Positions 11,810 through 23,770 are shown, counted from the stretch's first letter. The stretch: DNA of 50,639 nucleotides from Octopus bimaculoides (GCF_001194135.2 NC_069005.1:16374212-16424850), one strand, 5' to 3'. The notes: generated by a model not told the origin, from the sequence alone. Program-made: numbers and translations.

Positions 11810-12720
11810 ATTATTATATGTGAGTGTATATGTGAGTGTATGTGAGTGTATATGTGTGTATGAGTGAGTGCCTGTGTGTATGTGTGGGCATGCATAAGAT
11901 TATGTAAGCGTGTGTATATGTGTACGTATGGGAGCGTGCGTGTGTATGTGTATGAGTAAAGAAATACGTGCGCTGTGTGGAGCGGTGTGTCGTATGTGCT
12001 CTGTGTATTTATATCTGTCTCTGTGTGTGTGAACGTGTGCATATGTGTAAGAATAGGTGAGGCTGTGTAACGTATGTGTATGTGTGTGTGTGTTTTTGCG
12101 TGTGTAAGGCAAGCAGATGTGTATGTGTGTATGTGCTTGCGCGCAAACGCATGTGTGTAGTAGCTACTGTGTGCGTGTATGCTTTGTGCAAGTAGCGTGT
12201 GTGAGTGCGTATGTGTGTGTTTGTGCATCAGGTGTATATGTGACATTGTTGTCAGAGTATGTTTATTATGTGTGTCTGTGCATGAATATTGTGTGTGTTT
12301 ATGTGTGTATGTACGTGAGCGAATGTGCGTGTGTCTGTAATCAGTTGGTGTGTGTATATGGATAAAATGTGTGTGTATGGAATATCAACTGTGTGTAAGA
12401 TTCTGTATTTGTGCATATGAATATATGTGTAAGGTCACTTGTATGTGTGTATTGTGGGGAGAGGCATCGAGGTGAGAGGTGGAATAGGGGTAACAAGCGG
12501 TAGGGGTTGGAAGGTGTTGGTGCTAGGTGTGGGAGGAGTGGAGAGGAGTCTGTGTGTGCGCGTGCATGCGTGTGTGGGTGTGTGTAGGTGTTTGTATATA
12601 CTATAGGGGCATATGGGTAGTGATTTTAAGTGTAGAGAAGGTGTATGTGGGTGGAGGAGGAGGGGCAGTGGAAGGTGAAGGGTGTGGTGTGTGTGAATGT
12701 GTGAGGAGTGGGTTTAAATG
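11810..12720. repeat. About 900 bp of degenerate TG-rich, then G/A-rich, low-complexity sequence
   Basis: Imperfect TGTG/TATG units with no reading-frame bias or protein motif. Confidence 0.8.
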
Positions 12721-12929
12721 ATAGGTGACGAATTGAAACCGTGAGGAATACGGGAATAAAGAGAGAAAATAAATATATATTTCAACTCGTGTTGTAATAG
12801 AATTCTTTTCAATATTGCCAAATATACAAACAATGCAGACCTTCCAGAAATAGTAAGCAAATCTTACTTAAATCACATTCACTTTTATACCTGTCGTCAC
12901 AGGTATAAAAGTAGAAGGTGCAAGGAAGA

Positions 12930-12978
12930 CAGCCAGCCAGCCAGACAGACAGACAGACAGGCAGACAGGCAGACAGGC

Positions 12979-13013
<35 letters not shown>

Positions 13014-13088
13014 TAGATAGATAGATAGATAGACTGGTAGACAGACAGACAGACAGACAGACAGATAGATAAATAGATAGATAGATAA

Positions 13089-13118
<30 letters not shown>
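12930..13118. repeat. Compound (AGCC)/(AGAC)/(AGAT) tetranucleotide microsatellite
   Basis: Direct reading. Confidence 0.9.
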
Positions 13119-13119
<1 letters not shown>

Positions 13120-13559
13120 TGTACGTATGTACGTATGTAGGTATGTAGGTAAGACAAATTGAATAGAAAATGAAGTGGTTAGAGAAATAGTTTTAGTTTA
13201 ATTCATTTTTATTGTTCTGTGCAGTAACGGCGTAGACAATAATAGCAACAATAGCACCAGTTCCAACAACAACAACTTCGCAAAAGAACCAATGAAGAAA
13301 CCGCTTCGTGGTCACTTGAATCGCATCAGTTAAATCTACCCCACCATTTCAAAAGTAGGGTGACACATTGGACAATAGCAGTCCATGAAATAGGCAAAAA
13401 AAGATGGGATGGTCAGTCCTGGAATGTCTTAGATAAGGCTTGCCCTGGGGCTAAAGGGCTACTATAAAACAATAGCAGCAGCAGCAGCAGCAATAATAAC
13501 AACGATATAGCGGCAGTAGCGACATCACTACCAACAATAACAACAAAAAACTTACTTAC

Positions 13560-13890
13560 CCATAAAACTGCTGCATCCAATCGTTGACTTCGTCACATTA
13601 TTATTATTATCGTCGTGATCACGACATCCGGGTTCTAACGGTATTGGTAGACATTGATATCCTTGATTGGTGACGTCAGTAGTGGTGTGAGTAGTTGTGA
13701 TGGCAGTGGTGGTGTTGTCGGTCGTGGCGATAGAGGAAATAGTAGCGGTGGTGGTGGTGGTGGTGGTGGTGGTGGTGGTGGTGTCGGTGATGACATCGAT
13801 TAAATGGGTGGGAACATCGTTGTCGTGGTGGTGGTGGTTGTAGGATACGCCTTTCGACCGATTTCGTCTTACCAGCAATGATTTAGGCAT
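13560..13890 (-). CDS. First coding exon of a SNAG-domain transcriptional repressor (Snail/Scratch/Gfi/Insm/Ovo-type, presumably C2H2 zinc finger); remaining exons not visible
   Basis: The ORF starts AAAA-ATG and encodes MPKSLLVRRNRSKGVSYNHHHH (SNAG consensus MPRSFLVKK), then His/Thr/Asn-rich low complexity typical of TF N-termini. The frame stays open for 110 codons, up to a canonical donor ATG G|GTAAGT (GT at 13559-13558, phase 1), just before the in-frame TAA. Confidence 0.8.
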
Positions 13891-13941
13891 TTTTACTGGG
13901 TACGAGTTGCACTATTAAGAGTAGGAGGGAGAGTGTCTGTG

Positions 13942-13948
13942 TTATATA
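13942..13948 (-). promoter_or_regulatory. Candidate TATA box of the SNAG gene
   Basis: TATATAA on the minus strand, ending about 52 bp upstream of the ATG, which would imply a very short 5' UTR. Position only. Confidence 0.35.
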
Positions 13949-14053
13949 TCACATATATACTGTTGTAGCAATTTGTTGAGTTGAATCGAGGAGGGAGTAT
14001 TTTCCGGAAAACCCATACAACTGATAAAGATAAGAAAAGGGAAATTTATATAC

Positions 14054-14055
<2 letters not shown>

Positions 14056-14084
<29 letters not shown>

Positions 14085-14154
14085 TGTATGTATGTATGTA
14101 TGTATGTATGTATGTATGTATGTATGTATGTATGCATGTATGTANNNNNNNNNN

Positions 14155-14206
<52 letters not shown>
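14056..14206. repeat. (TATG)n followed by (GA)n microsatellites, upstream of the SNAG exon
   Basis: Direct reading. Confidence 0.9.
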
Positions 14207-14208
<2 letters not shown>

Positions 14209-15183
14209 TGTCAGAGGTAGCAATGTATGTTAACCCAATTAGGCTTGACATATACATATATATATATTTATATATGTATATATGTGTGTGTTTGTGTTTG
14301 TGTGTGTATACATATTCAGAAAGATAAATACATATATACATATACATACGTACAAACATACATACATATATATATATTTATATATGTATATATGTGTGTG
14401 NNNNNNNNNNNNNNNNNNNNNNNNNNNNNNNNNNNNNNNNNNNNNNNNNNNNNNNNNNNNNNNNNNNNNNNNNNNNNNNNNNNNNNNNNNNNNNNNNNNN
14501 NNNNNNNNNNNNNNATATATATATGCAAATATATTCACATGGAGCATAAAAATACAGAATACTAAGAAAATACATTAATTTCTTAACTCGACAACTGTTT
14601 CAGGAACCTCAGAGTTACGTAATAATTGTAATAGTCACAATTTTCTGATGAAACAAGCAAAAAGTCCTGGTATGAAATCGGAAACAGTCCGATATTACAG
14701 AGATTTAAATTTAATAATATTTATCCGGTTAGAAAATAGGATTTGTAAGCTAGTATTTAGTATTTTTGTGCGCGATGAAAGTAATCATTTTAACCAAAAT
14801 GAAACCAATGCGTGAGAGACTACGCATATACAGAATGATAAAGGGTGTGATTAATATATATATATAAAAGAATTCATTTAACATATGCGTATATTACTCC
14901 ATTTATTAAATATATATATATATATCAGAGAGAGAGAGAGAGAGAGAGAGGAAAAGTGCATAAAACAGAGAAAGCCTGATGGTGACAGATAGAGAGTAGG
15001 AGATTTGTCGATCTAAAGGTTGTGTTATTTCTCTCAACAAAATATATATTTTTTTATTATTATTTACACACAACCTCCTCTTTGGGACGCAAATTTCGAA
15101 AATCGAAATCGTTTTTCTCGAGGATGCACAGATTCAGAGCCTTTCGGGGCTAAATACACATACATAACCACATACACACTCAG

Positions 15184-15267
<84 letters not shown>

Positions 15268-15329
15268 AGACAGGCAGACAAACAGACAGGCAAACAGACA
15301 GACAGACAGACAGATAGATAGCTCTAATG

Positions 15330-15603
15330 GACTCTGCCGTCGAAGACAAGGTATGAGCGTTCAGCTTTTGCCAAACGACCTACGCAAATAGTTTTATAGT
15401 GATCAAATGTATGTGCCGTACATTAGTTCACTCCCTCCATCAAATCTGAACAGGTGCACTGTGTACCCCGCGTCAGGTATCGAAGTGATCGCAGAGCAAC
15501 GTGAGAGGAAGTGTTTTGCTCAAGAACACAATCGGTCTGGGAATTGAAATCACGATCTCACGATCGTAAGTGTAACACCCTAACCACTAGGCCATGCACC
15601 TTC
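15330..15603 (-). mobile_element. tRNA-derived SINE (family 2)
   Basis: Minus-strand head GGTGCATGGCCTAGTGGTTAGGGTGT (A box TGGCCTAGTGG), B-box-like GATTTCAATTCC, then a TGTGTTCTTGAGCAAAACACTT body. Confidence 0.75.
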
Positions 15604-16073
15604 ATATATATATATATATATATATANNNNNNNNNNNNNNNNNNNNNNNNNNNNNNNNNNNNNNNNNNNNNNNNNNNNNNNNNNNNNNNNNNNNNNNNNN
15701 NNNNNNNNNNNNNNNNNNNNNNNNNNNNNNNNNNNNNNNNNNNNNNNNNNNNNNNNNNNNNNNNNNNNNNNNNNNNNNNNNNNNNNNNNNNNNNNNNNNN
15801 NNNNNNNNNNNNNNNNNNNNNNNNNNNNNNNNNNNNNNNNNNNNNNNNNNNNNNNNNNNNNNNNNNNNNNNNNNNNNNNNNNNNNNNNNNNNNNNNNNNN
15901 NNNNNNNNNNNNNNNNNNNNNNNNNNNNNNNNNNNNNNNNNNNNNNNNNNNNNNNNNNNNNNNNNNNNNNNNNNNNNNNNNNNNNNNNNNNNNNNNNNNN
16001 NNNNNNNNNNNNNNNNNNNNNNNNNNNNNNNNNNNNNNNNNNNNNNNNNNNNNNNNNNNATATATATATACAC

Positions 16074-16106
<33 letters not shown>

Positions 16107-16202
16107 TGTATGTATGGAAGTATGTATGTATGCATGTACGTATGTATGTATGTATGTATGTATGTATGTATGTGTATGTTTGTGCGTGTGTTTGTGTGCG
16201 TG

Positions 16203-16368
16203 TGTCCCCCAACATCGCTGGACAACCGATGCTGGTATGTTTACGTCCCGTAACTTAGCGGTTCGGCAAAAGAGTCCGATAGAATAAGTACTAGGTTTAC
16301 AAAGAATAAATCCTGGGTCGATTTACTCGACTAAAGGCGGTGCTCCAGCACGGCCGCAGTCAAAATGA
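16203..16368 (+). mobile_element. SINE family 1, 3' half
   Basis: Near-identical to about 28778-28940. Confidence 0.9.
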
Positions 16369-16479
16369 TTTCGACAGTATTGTTGATTAACTTTTATCGA
16401 AATGAATTAACATTTCTGTAAGCTGAATATATCTGAATTTGAATGTGTACACGGTAAAGCCTATATAACATTCTGTGCC

Positions 16480-16990
16480 ATTGGTATTATCGTAAGCACA
16501 AATCTTGGCATAGTATACAACACTTTTTTTAAGGTGTTTACCGTATAGAAGACATGTACTTTGATTAAGACAGTTGCACTGAGGTGAAGAATCGTTTGTG
16601 GAGAGGGTAAGAAACTAATTTCATCCTACTTAATTAGTAGGTAAAGAACTGAGAGATTATCCATGAAGCTATAACTTGCTTTGGGATTACATCTGTTAGA
16701 ATCTTGTAGAATTTATAGCTTATGGAAGACTGTTTGTTTACTAAATTCAAGAAGGGTCAGGCAATATTAGATATGACCTTCAAAATGAAAGTGAGGGTTA
16801 TACTATATTACTTCTCTTTCTCTAGCATTTCTATCCTTTAGATTTCCGTGTGGAGGAATGTATTCTTTAACTGATGTTTACTGGGTAGGTTTTTCAGACT
16901 ATCAAGTTTTCTGAATATTAAGCGTATAACCTCATTCGATTTTCTGTTGGGGACTGTAAGCGGTTAAGGCTAGATTCATAATAGAACCTA
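16480..16990 (-). mobile_element. Very decayed LINE (CR1/L2-like) 3' region, tentative
   Basis: Composition and weak residue pattern only; no clean motif. Confidence 0.2.
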
Positions 16991-17079
16991 AAAGGTTAGC
17001 TACGCTAGCATTAGGTCGCACAGTAACTCCAAATCAAATCTTCTAAAATTTTATCTTAAATGGTCTAATTTATTTGCTT

Positions 17080-17681
17080 CCTTATCTTAAATGGTCTAAT
17101 TTATTACGAGTTTAATATTCGACTTTCATCATTGCATAATGATAATTCTATAAAGTTAAATTTAGATAGTAGGTTGTGTAAAATAAATTATCTTACAGAA
17201 TTTCAGCTCCATCACAGCAGCTATTAGAAAATTCGAAAAGTTGTGTCATTACGCTTTATCCAGAAAACATTATCTAAATTATATAACGTGCAAAATGATA
17301 ACTATACTTATATGTAATAGCGTATCTGCAGTTAGTTATAAAACTTTTATTAAAAGAGAATCAGTGATGGAAGAGTAAATCTCAATGATTACAAATTATG
17401 TAAATTTACAGACACAATGGTTGTGTAAATTATTAAAGCCATCTATCACGGGGAAAATGAGTGCATTGTATAATTTTATTATTATGACCTTGATAACTTT
17501 ACCTAATTCACTTTTAGTTAGGTTGATACGTCTGCATTTCGGATCAGCTAAAAGAATTGGTTCATAGCCTTTTAAAGTAATCTGGGGCTTTAGAAGCTAA
17601 ACATTCGATTCTATCGTCTATTTTAATAACTGTTGCTAATTGCTTTGTTTCCTTATTGATCTCGTAATACCTGTTAGGGTT
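17080..17681 (-). mobile_element. Penelope-like element reverse transcriptase fragment, decayed
   Basis: Minus strand: IDDRIECLA; ITLKGYEP..DPKCRRINLTKSELGK (cf. ITLKDHK..NPKCRLINPxKSELGK); IEIYSSITDSLL (cf. FYPSI..LL); DGAEI. Confidence 0.65.
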
Positions 17682-18189
17682 NNNNNNNNNNNNNNNNNNN
17701 NNNNNNNNNNNNNNNNNNNNNNNNNNNNNNNNNNNNNNNNNNNNNNNNNNNNNNNNNNNNNNNNNNNNNNNNNNNNNNNNNNNNNNNNNNNNNNNNNNNN
17801 NNNNNNNNNNNNNNNNNNNNNNNNNNNNNNNNNNNNNNNNNNNNNNNNNNNNNNNNNNNNNNNNNNNNNNNNNNNNNNNNNNNNNNNNNNNNNNNNNNNN
17901 NNNNNNNNNNNNNNNNNNNNNNNNNNNNNNNNNNNNNNNNNNNNNNNNNNNNNNNNNNNNNNNNNNNNNNNNNNNNNNNNNNNNNNNNNNNNNNNNNNNN
18001 NNNNNNNNNNNNNNNNNNNNNNNNNNNNNNNNNNNNNNNNNNNNNNNNNNNNNNGTATCGTCAGATCCCAAAACCTATTAGCCAACAGGTTTTTGGGATC
18101 TGACGATACGCCATAAAGCTAAATCCTTTATGAACAGAAAACCTGAGGTAATCTCATAAACTGGCCTCCCCCATTTTTGATATATTCTT

Positions 18190-18250
18190 TTATTGTTTTA
18201 TTCTTTCATATGTTTCAGCCTTGAGGCTGCAGCCATGCTAGGGCACCGCC
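18190..18250 (-). mobile_element. SINE family 1, short 3' terminal remnant
   Basis: GTTTCAGCC...GCAGCCATGCTAGGGCACCGCC is the reverse complement of the family tail. Confidence 0.6.
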
Positions 18251-18418
18251 AGTGATATGGCCAGATAACTGAAGAATTGTTGGCGTGGGCTCCCACTCCG
18301 GCATCCGAAACTTGGAGTTTTATCATGGCTACCGAATAAGTGTCACATATTTTTACAGATAAATTCTTCTATTTACATAATATCGAGGTCTCTTTCTTTC
18401 TTTTGTTGTCCTTCCTAT

Positions 18419-18503
<85 letters not shown>

Positions 18504-18589
18504 AACATATATGTACATGTATGTATGTGTGTGTATTGTATATGTATACATACACACACATATGCATATGTTTGTATGTATGTATGTCA

Positions 18590-19215
18590 GATCACTTGTG
18601 AGGTCTCTCATGAGTGCTACTGGTCTCATGGAATCCAATACAACCAGTTGTATGGTTGGGTCGTCGGCGACTAAACTGGAACCCCCACAAGTCTTACTGG
18701 TGAGGAGGGTTGCTATAAACCCAGCAGGACTAAAAAGAACCTATCAAAAGGACTACTGAAACCAGTGTAGGTTCAACGTCTATCTAGCAATTGTACGGAC
18801 ACTTAGAAATTCTGGGTTGATTTCCAGCGTACAGGAAGAACACGAGGTGTGAGGCATCCCTCACCTTTTGCTAAAGCATTTCTGTGGGAAAAAGTCACTC
18901 TGATATAAAAGAGGATATGCAGGGAATGGCACTAGACATTTTAGGGATGTTTTACTTACGCCTGAAATCATGGCGATCTCACATTCCAGAACCTGCGACC
19001 CATATTGGCACTGGATATCTTGGCTTGGTTTGTCTCTGTCAATAAGATGGAGGGAAACTATGAGGTGGAATGCAAGCCTTATTGGACCTAAAAATTTTGT
19101 CAGTGAGTCATATTCGTCTACGAGTTTGACAACCATCGTGTCTGTTGTGATGCAGTTTGGCAAAATTTTTATGAAGGTGTCGCCTTGGTTTGAACATCAT
19201 AACATACTCCAGTGA
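18590..19215 (+). mobile_element. Probable 5' region and start of the APE domain of an RTE-type LINE, decayed
   Basis: THIGTGYL...GGKL...LLDLKILSVSHIR resembles the RTE APE start (xIGTWNVRT...GKL...ILGxSExR); several stops. Confidence 0.4.
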
Positions 19216-20011
19216 CTTAATTTGCATGTGTGTGTGTGTGTGATAGAAAACCGTTTTCCTCGTAGATATATCCAGGTGTGCATTCTTTATACTTGTATTA
19301 AAGATTAAAACTTCAATAAAAATGTTGGGATGAATCTTTGTATAGGTAGGTTAACACGCAAAAAATGTGGATATTTATAAAGTAAGACACTGGGAACACG
19401 TTGTAGTTGTTGTCGTCGTCGTCGATGGCGTTGTTGTTTGCGGTGGTGACGGACGTGACGGTAAAACGTCACTAAATCTTTGTAATCGTTCAACTTTCAT
19501 GTCGAAATAGAATCAGGTTAATGGTATAACTGAACACCAAATGAAATCACTGACACTTATGTATGTATGTATGTATGTATGTATGTATGTATGTATGTGT
19601 GTATGTATCGATATATAAATGTTTATACACACACACACATACACAAACACACACACACGCATGTGTTTGGCGGTGCGATCACTGTAATGAAAACATGAGT
19701 AAAGGAGTGTCCGTGATATAAGCTCTGTGTATGTTTTTGTGTTTGTGTATGTGTGTGCGCGCATATATATATATATATATATATATAGATGTATGTATTT
19801 ATGTATGGATAAGCTATACACACTCAAATTCCGCGCACGCATTATATACGAATAAACTCGTACACATGCACACACAATACGAGAAAGATAGTGTGACTGA
19901 AGAAAGTGAGATACATAAAGAGAGAGAGCTAAAGAATGACAAACAAAAAGCGAGGCAGAAAAAGATAGATTTCAGAGAAAGAGAATGAGAAAGACTAAGA
20001 GAAAGAAACGA

Positions 20012-20059
<48 letters not shown>

Positions 20060-20600
20060 NNNNNNNNNNNNNNNNNNNNNNNNNNNNNNNNNNNNNNNNN
20101 NNNNNNNNNNNNNNNNNNNNNNNNNNNNNNNNNNNNNNNNNNNNNNNNNNNNNNNNNNNNNNNNNNNNNNNNNNNNNNNNNNNNNNNNNNNNNNNNNNNN
20201 NNNNNNNNNNNNNNNNNNNNNNNNNNNNNNNNNNNNNNNNNNNNNNNNNNNNNNNNNNNNNNNNNNNNNNNNNNNNNNNNNNNNNNNNNNNNNNNNNNNN
20301 NNNNNNNNNNNNNNNNNNNNNNNNNNNNNNNNNNNNNNNNNNNNNNNNNNNNNNNNNNNNNNNNNNNNNNNNNNNNNNNNNNNNNNNNNNNNNNNNNNNN
20401 NNNNNNNNNNNNNNNNNNNNNNNNNNNNNNNNNNNNNNNNNNNNNNNNNNNNNNNNNNNNNNNNNNNNNNNNNNNNNNNNNNNNNNNNNNNNNNNNNNNN
20501 NNNNNNNNNNNNNNNNNNNNNNNNNNNNNNNNNNNNNNNNNNNNNNNNNNNNNNNNNNNNNNNNNNNNNNNNNNNNNNNNNNNNNNNNNNNNNNAAACGA

Positions 20601-20652
<52 letters not shown>

Positions 20653-21089
20653 AGAGGAGCAGAGAGACAGACAGATAGAGGTGGGTGTCTGTGCGTGTGG
20701 GCATGAATGCGCTTAGACAAGTAACTATCTGCACACTCTCTTGTTTGTTTTTCTTTCCACATGAATTCATTTCGTTGTCTAGTTTATCAATAACTATCGT
20801 CTGCTTTCTGTGAAAATTTGGCGGTTCGTATTGTTGTCGAAAATTGTCGTGATTTCTCCTTGTCACTCACATTTGTGCTGTTCACTTGTTTGACTTTTTA
20901 TATTTTTAGTCAACAACAAATATCCATTCTCTAGTTTTCTTCACTGCTTCGTCATAGGAATTTTTATGTTCTCGTTTGAAGAAAAAAGAAAAAAAAAAAG
21001 AAAAAGAAAAAAAAGAAGAAAAAACCCTAATCATTTCCAACACAAGCACAAGACTTGAAATCAGAGGAGAGAGTAGTCAATCAAATTGA

Positions 21090-21225
21090 CGCTGGTAATC
21101 AACTGGAACTTTATTTTATTGACCCATGAAGCAAAGTTCAGCTAGACGTGGTTCGAACACAAAAAATAAACGATTGTAAATAAATATCTCAACATTTTGG
21201 CTGAAGCTCTAACGATTCTCTGTCC
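21090..21225 (-). mobile_element. Degenerate SINE (family 3)
   Basis: Minus strand AGAATCGTTAG...GTTCGAACC...AATAAAATAAAGTTCCAG parallels the adjacent copy at 21255-21482. Confidence 0.45.
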
Positions 21226-21254
21226 TAATAATAACTATTATTATAAAAACAGCA

Positions 21255-21481
21255 ATAATAATAATATTTTTTTTCTAATTTTGGAATAGTCAACAATTTT
21301 AAGGAGAAGGGGTAAATTGATTATATTAACTCCAGTACTTGACTGATACTTATTTAATCGAACTCGAAAAGATGAAAGGCAAAGTCGACTTCGGCTGTAT
21401 TTGAACTAAACACGTAAAGCCGGAAGAAATGACGCTAGACACTTTTGTTCGGCGTGCTAACTATTCTACCAGGTTACCGCC

Positions 21482-21482
<1 letters not shown>
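21255..21482 (-). mobile_element. tRNA-derived SINE (family 3)
   Basis: Minus-strand head GGCGGTAACCTGGTAGAATAGTTAGCACG (A-box-like), B-box-like AGTTCAAATAC, body GTCGACTTTGCCTTTCATC and an A-rich tail. Confidence 0.75.

Positions 21483-21564
<82 letters not shown>
21483..21564. repeat. (TAA)n tract
   Basis: Direct reading. Confidence 0.95.
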
Positions 21565-21565
<1 letters not shown>

Positions 21566-21767
21566 CCAACAACAAAATGAGACCATCGATCATGTTGTCT
21601 CCATGTGCAGTCTGCTTGCGCCTACAGAGTATCTCAACAGGCATGATAGAGCTGCACAATATATTCACTGGGTAATATGCAAAAACCTGGACTTGCCCCA
21701 TGATAAAAACTGGTGGGAACACAAACCACCCCCAGTACTTGAAAATGATCACATTGCACTCCTCTGG
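21565..21767 (+). mobile_element. R4/Dong LINE C-terminal fragment (CCHC finger to RLE start), directly after (TAA)n and ending at a gap
   Basis: ETIDHVVSMCSLLAPTEYLNRHDRAAQYIHW...WWEHKP..VLEND..LLW. Confidence 0.9.
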
Positions 21768-22509
21768 NNNNNNNNNNNNNNNNNNNNNNNNNNNNNNNNN
21801 NNNNNNNNNNNNNNNNNNNNNNNNNNNNNNNNNNNNNNNNNNNNNNNNNNNNNNNNNNNNNNNNNNNNNNNNNNNNNNNNNNNNNNNNNNNNNNNNNNNN
21901 NNNNNNNNNNNNNNNNNNNNNNNNNNNNNNNNNNNNNNNNNNNNNNNNNNNNNNNNNNNNNNNNNNNNNNNNNNNNNNNNNNNNNNNNNNNNNNNNNNNN
22001 NNNNNNNNNNNNNNNNNNNNNNNNNNNNNNNNNNNNNNNNNNNNNNNNNNNNNNNNNNNNNNNNNNNNNNNNNNNNNNNNNNNNNNNNNNNNNNNNNNNN
22101 NNNNNNNNNNNNNNNNNNNNNNNNNNNNNNNNNNNNNNNNNNNNNNNNNNNNNNNNNNNNNNNNNNNNNNNNNNNNNNNNNNNNNNNNNNNNNNNNNNNN
22201 NNNNNNNNNNNNNNNNNNNNNNNNNNNNNNNNNNNNNNNNNNNNNNNNNNNNNNNNNNNNNNNNNNNNNNNNNNNNNNNNNNNNNNNNNNNNNNNNNNNN
22301 NNNNNNNNNNNNNNNNNNNNNNNNNNNNNNNNNNNNNNNNNNNNNNNNNNNNNNNNNNNNNNNNNNNNNNNNNNNNNNNNNNNNNNNNNNNNNNNNNNNN
22401 NNNNNNNNNNNNNNNNNNNNNNNNNNNNNNNNTATAAAACACCAAAGTGGAACTTCCATTGATCGCATTTTCCGACTGGTAGAGGACTTTGAGAGTCGAA
22501 CAGTACTCT

Positions 22510-23770
22510 AGATACCAGGTGCCCTGTCTTGGTCCACACTTAGTCCAGGGCTACAGCTCATTCAAAAAAGAAAAAATACACGAATTGTGGAAAAGCGAGT
22601 CTAACAAACGGTGACCACACCTGCTCACAAAAAATAAACACATGGTGTGTCGCAACTTTAGTGCATATCTGCGCATCATCATCCGAGGCACACCTAGTGC
22701 TTCACTCAATGCATGTTAAGAAAAGGTAGTGTGCCAGACTTGTGGAACGCCTCCCTATCACAAAAAGCAGAAGGGTAAGCGCTCCAATTCAGTCAGAAGT
22801 GAACTGAAGTAAGAGACAATGGCCAGTGGGTAATACTTGACGGATGCGATGTATGTGTTCGCCACTTTCAGACCTTGTTTGTCGCCTTCTCCACTTGCAG
22901 ATATGGACGAAACCAGACCCGAGCAATTTCATTAGGCTGTTCATCCAGCGTGCTGCGACGCTGTTGGACAGCATAGGCTTGCCTCTCCAGGTACTGAACT
23001 GCAGGCTCACTGACTTTTTCTTGATTTGTTTTGCTCTAGTCACCGCCTTGTATTCCTTTAGAGCAGTGCTGATCAGGTCAATGTGCCTGGTGCCCGATAC
23101 TGTTACGGTGAAATCGTTCGCATATGCCGACACAGCTCTTTCGTGTTCTAGTTCACGCATCATGTTACTCAACGTCTCCAGTTTCCACGGTAATCATTCT
23201 AGAGTCAGTACATGCAGAAGAGGCAAGAGGAGACAACCTTGACGGTCCAAACGCATGGTGTTGAATGATTCCAGTTGCGTTGAGGACAACCGCCAAGTAT
23301 TTGTAGTCGATCTTATCAAAGGCTTTTGAATAACTTAAATTCTTTTTACGATGTATCGCATGGAGTAGAGAGGTTCTCATGTATGTTTGCACATCATCAA
23401 TCAAGCCATTGACGACAAACACCAACCTCTTCGCTAACACCTTGTTCATAATTATGATATCTGCGTTTAACTGAGTTATAAGCCGAACATTATCAATGCA
23501 ATCTTCTCGTTTGGGTCCATTATCTGCGTTACTGCTACCCGACTCGCAGAACTGGAATTCTTACGTTCCATTACCACTTGCGCTAGATAGCTGCCAAAAC
23601 ATTCGGGAAATCTTGCGGTAGATAGTTGGCAAACATTAGGGAAGTCTTGTCGGTATCCGTCAACAAGTTGGAAACATCTGAGCAGGTTTGTAAGGCTTTT
23701 GCACACTCCTCTCGAATCAACTTACTTGAAGATAAGTAGATCTCGTATCCACCGAAAATCAGCATGAAGG
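22510..23770 (-). mobile_element. L1/Tx1-like LINE, internally deleted (short APE piece joined to RT)
   Basis: IFGGYEIYLS matches 1034-1000. RT motifs NKVLAKRL, YSKAFDKIDY, QGCLLLPLL and SAYANDFTV (YADD degenerate). Confidence 0.85.

Noticed and set aside
11674-12246. 190-aa His/Thr-rich minus-strand ORF as a possible next exon of the SNAG gene
   Set aside because: It is a translation of degenerate (CA)n-type sequence, with no C2H2 spacing or other motif.
14645-14689. CTGATGA ... GAAACAGTC hammerhead-like words
   Set aside because: No convincing stem I or stem II pairing.
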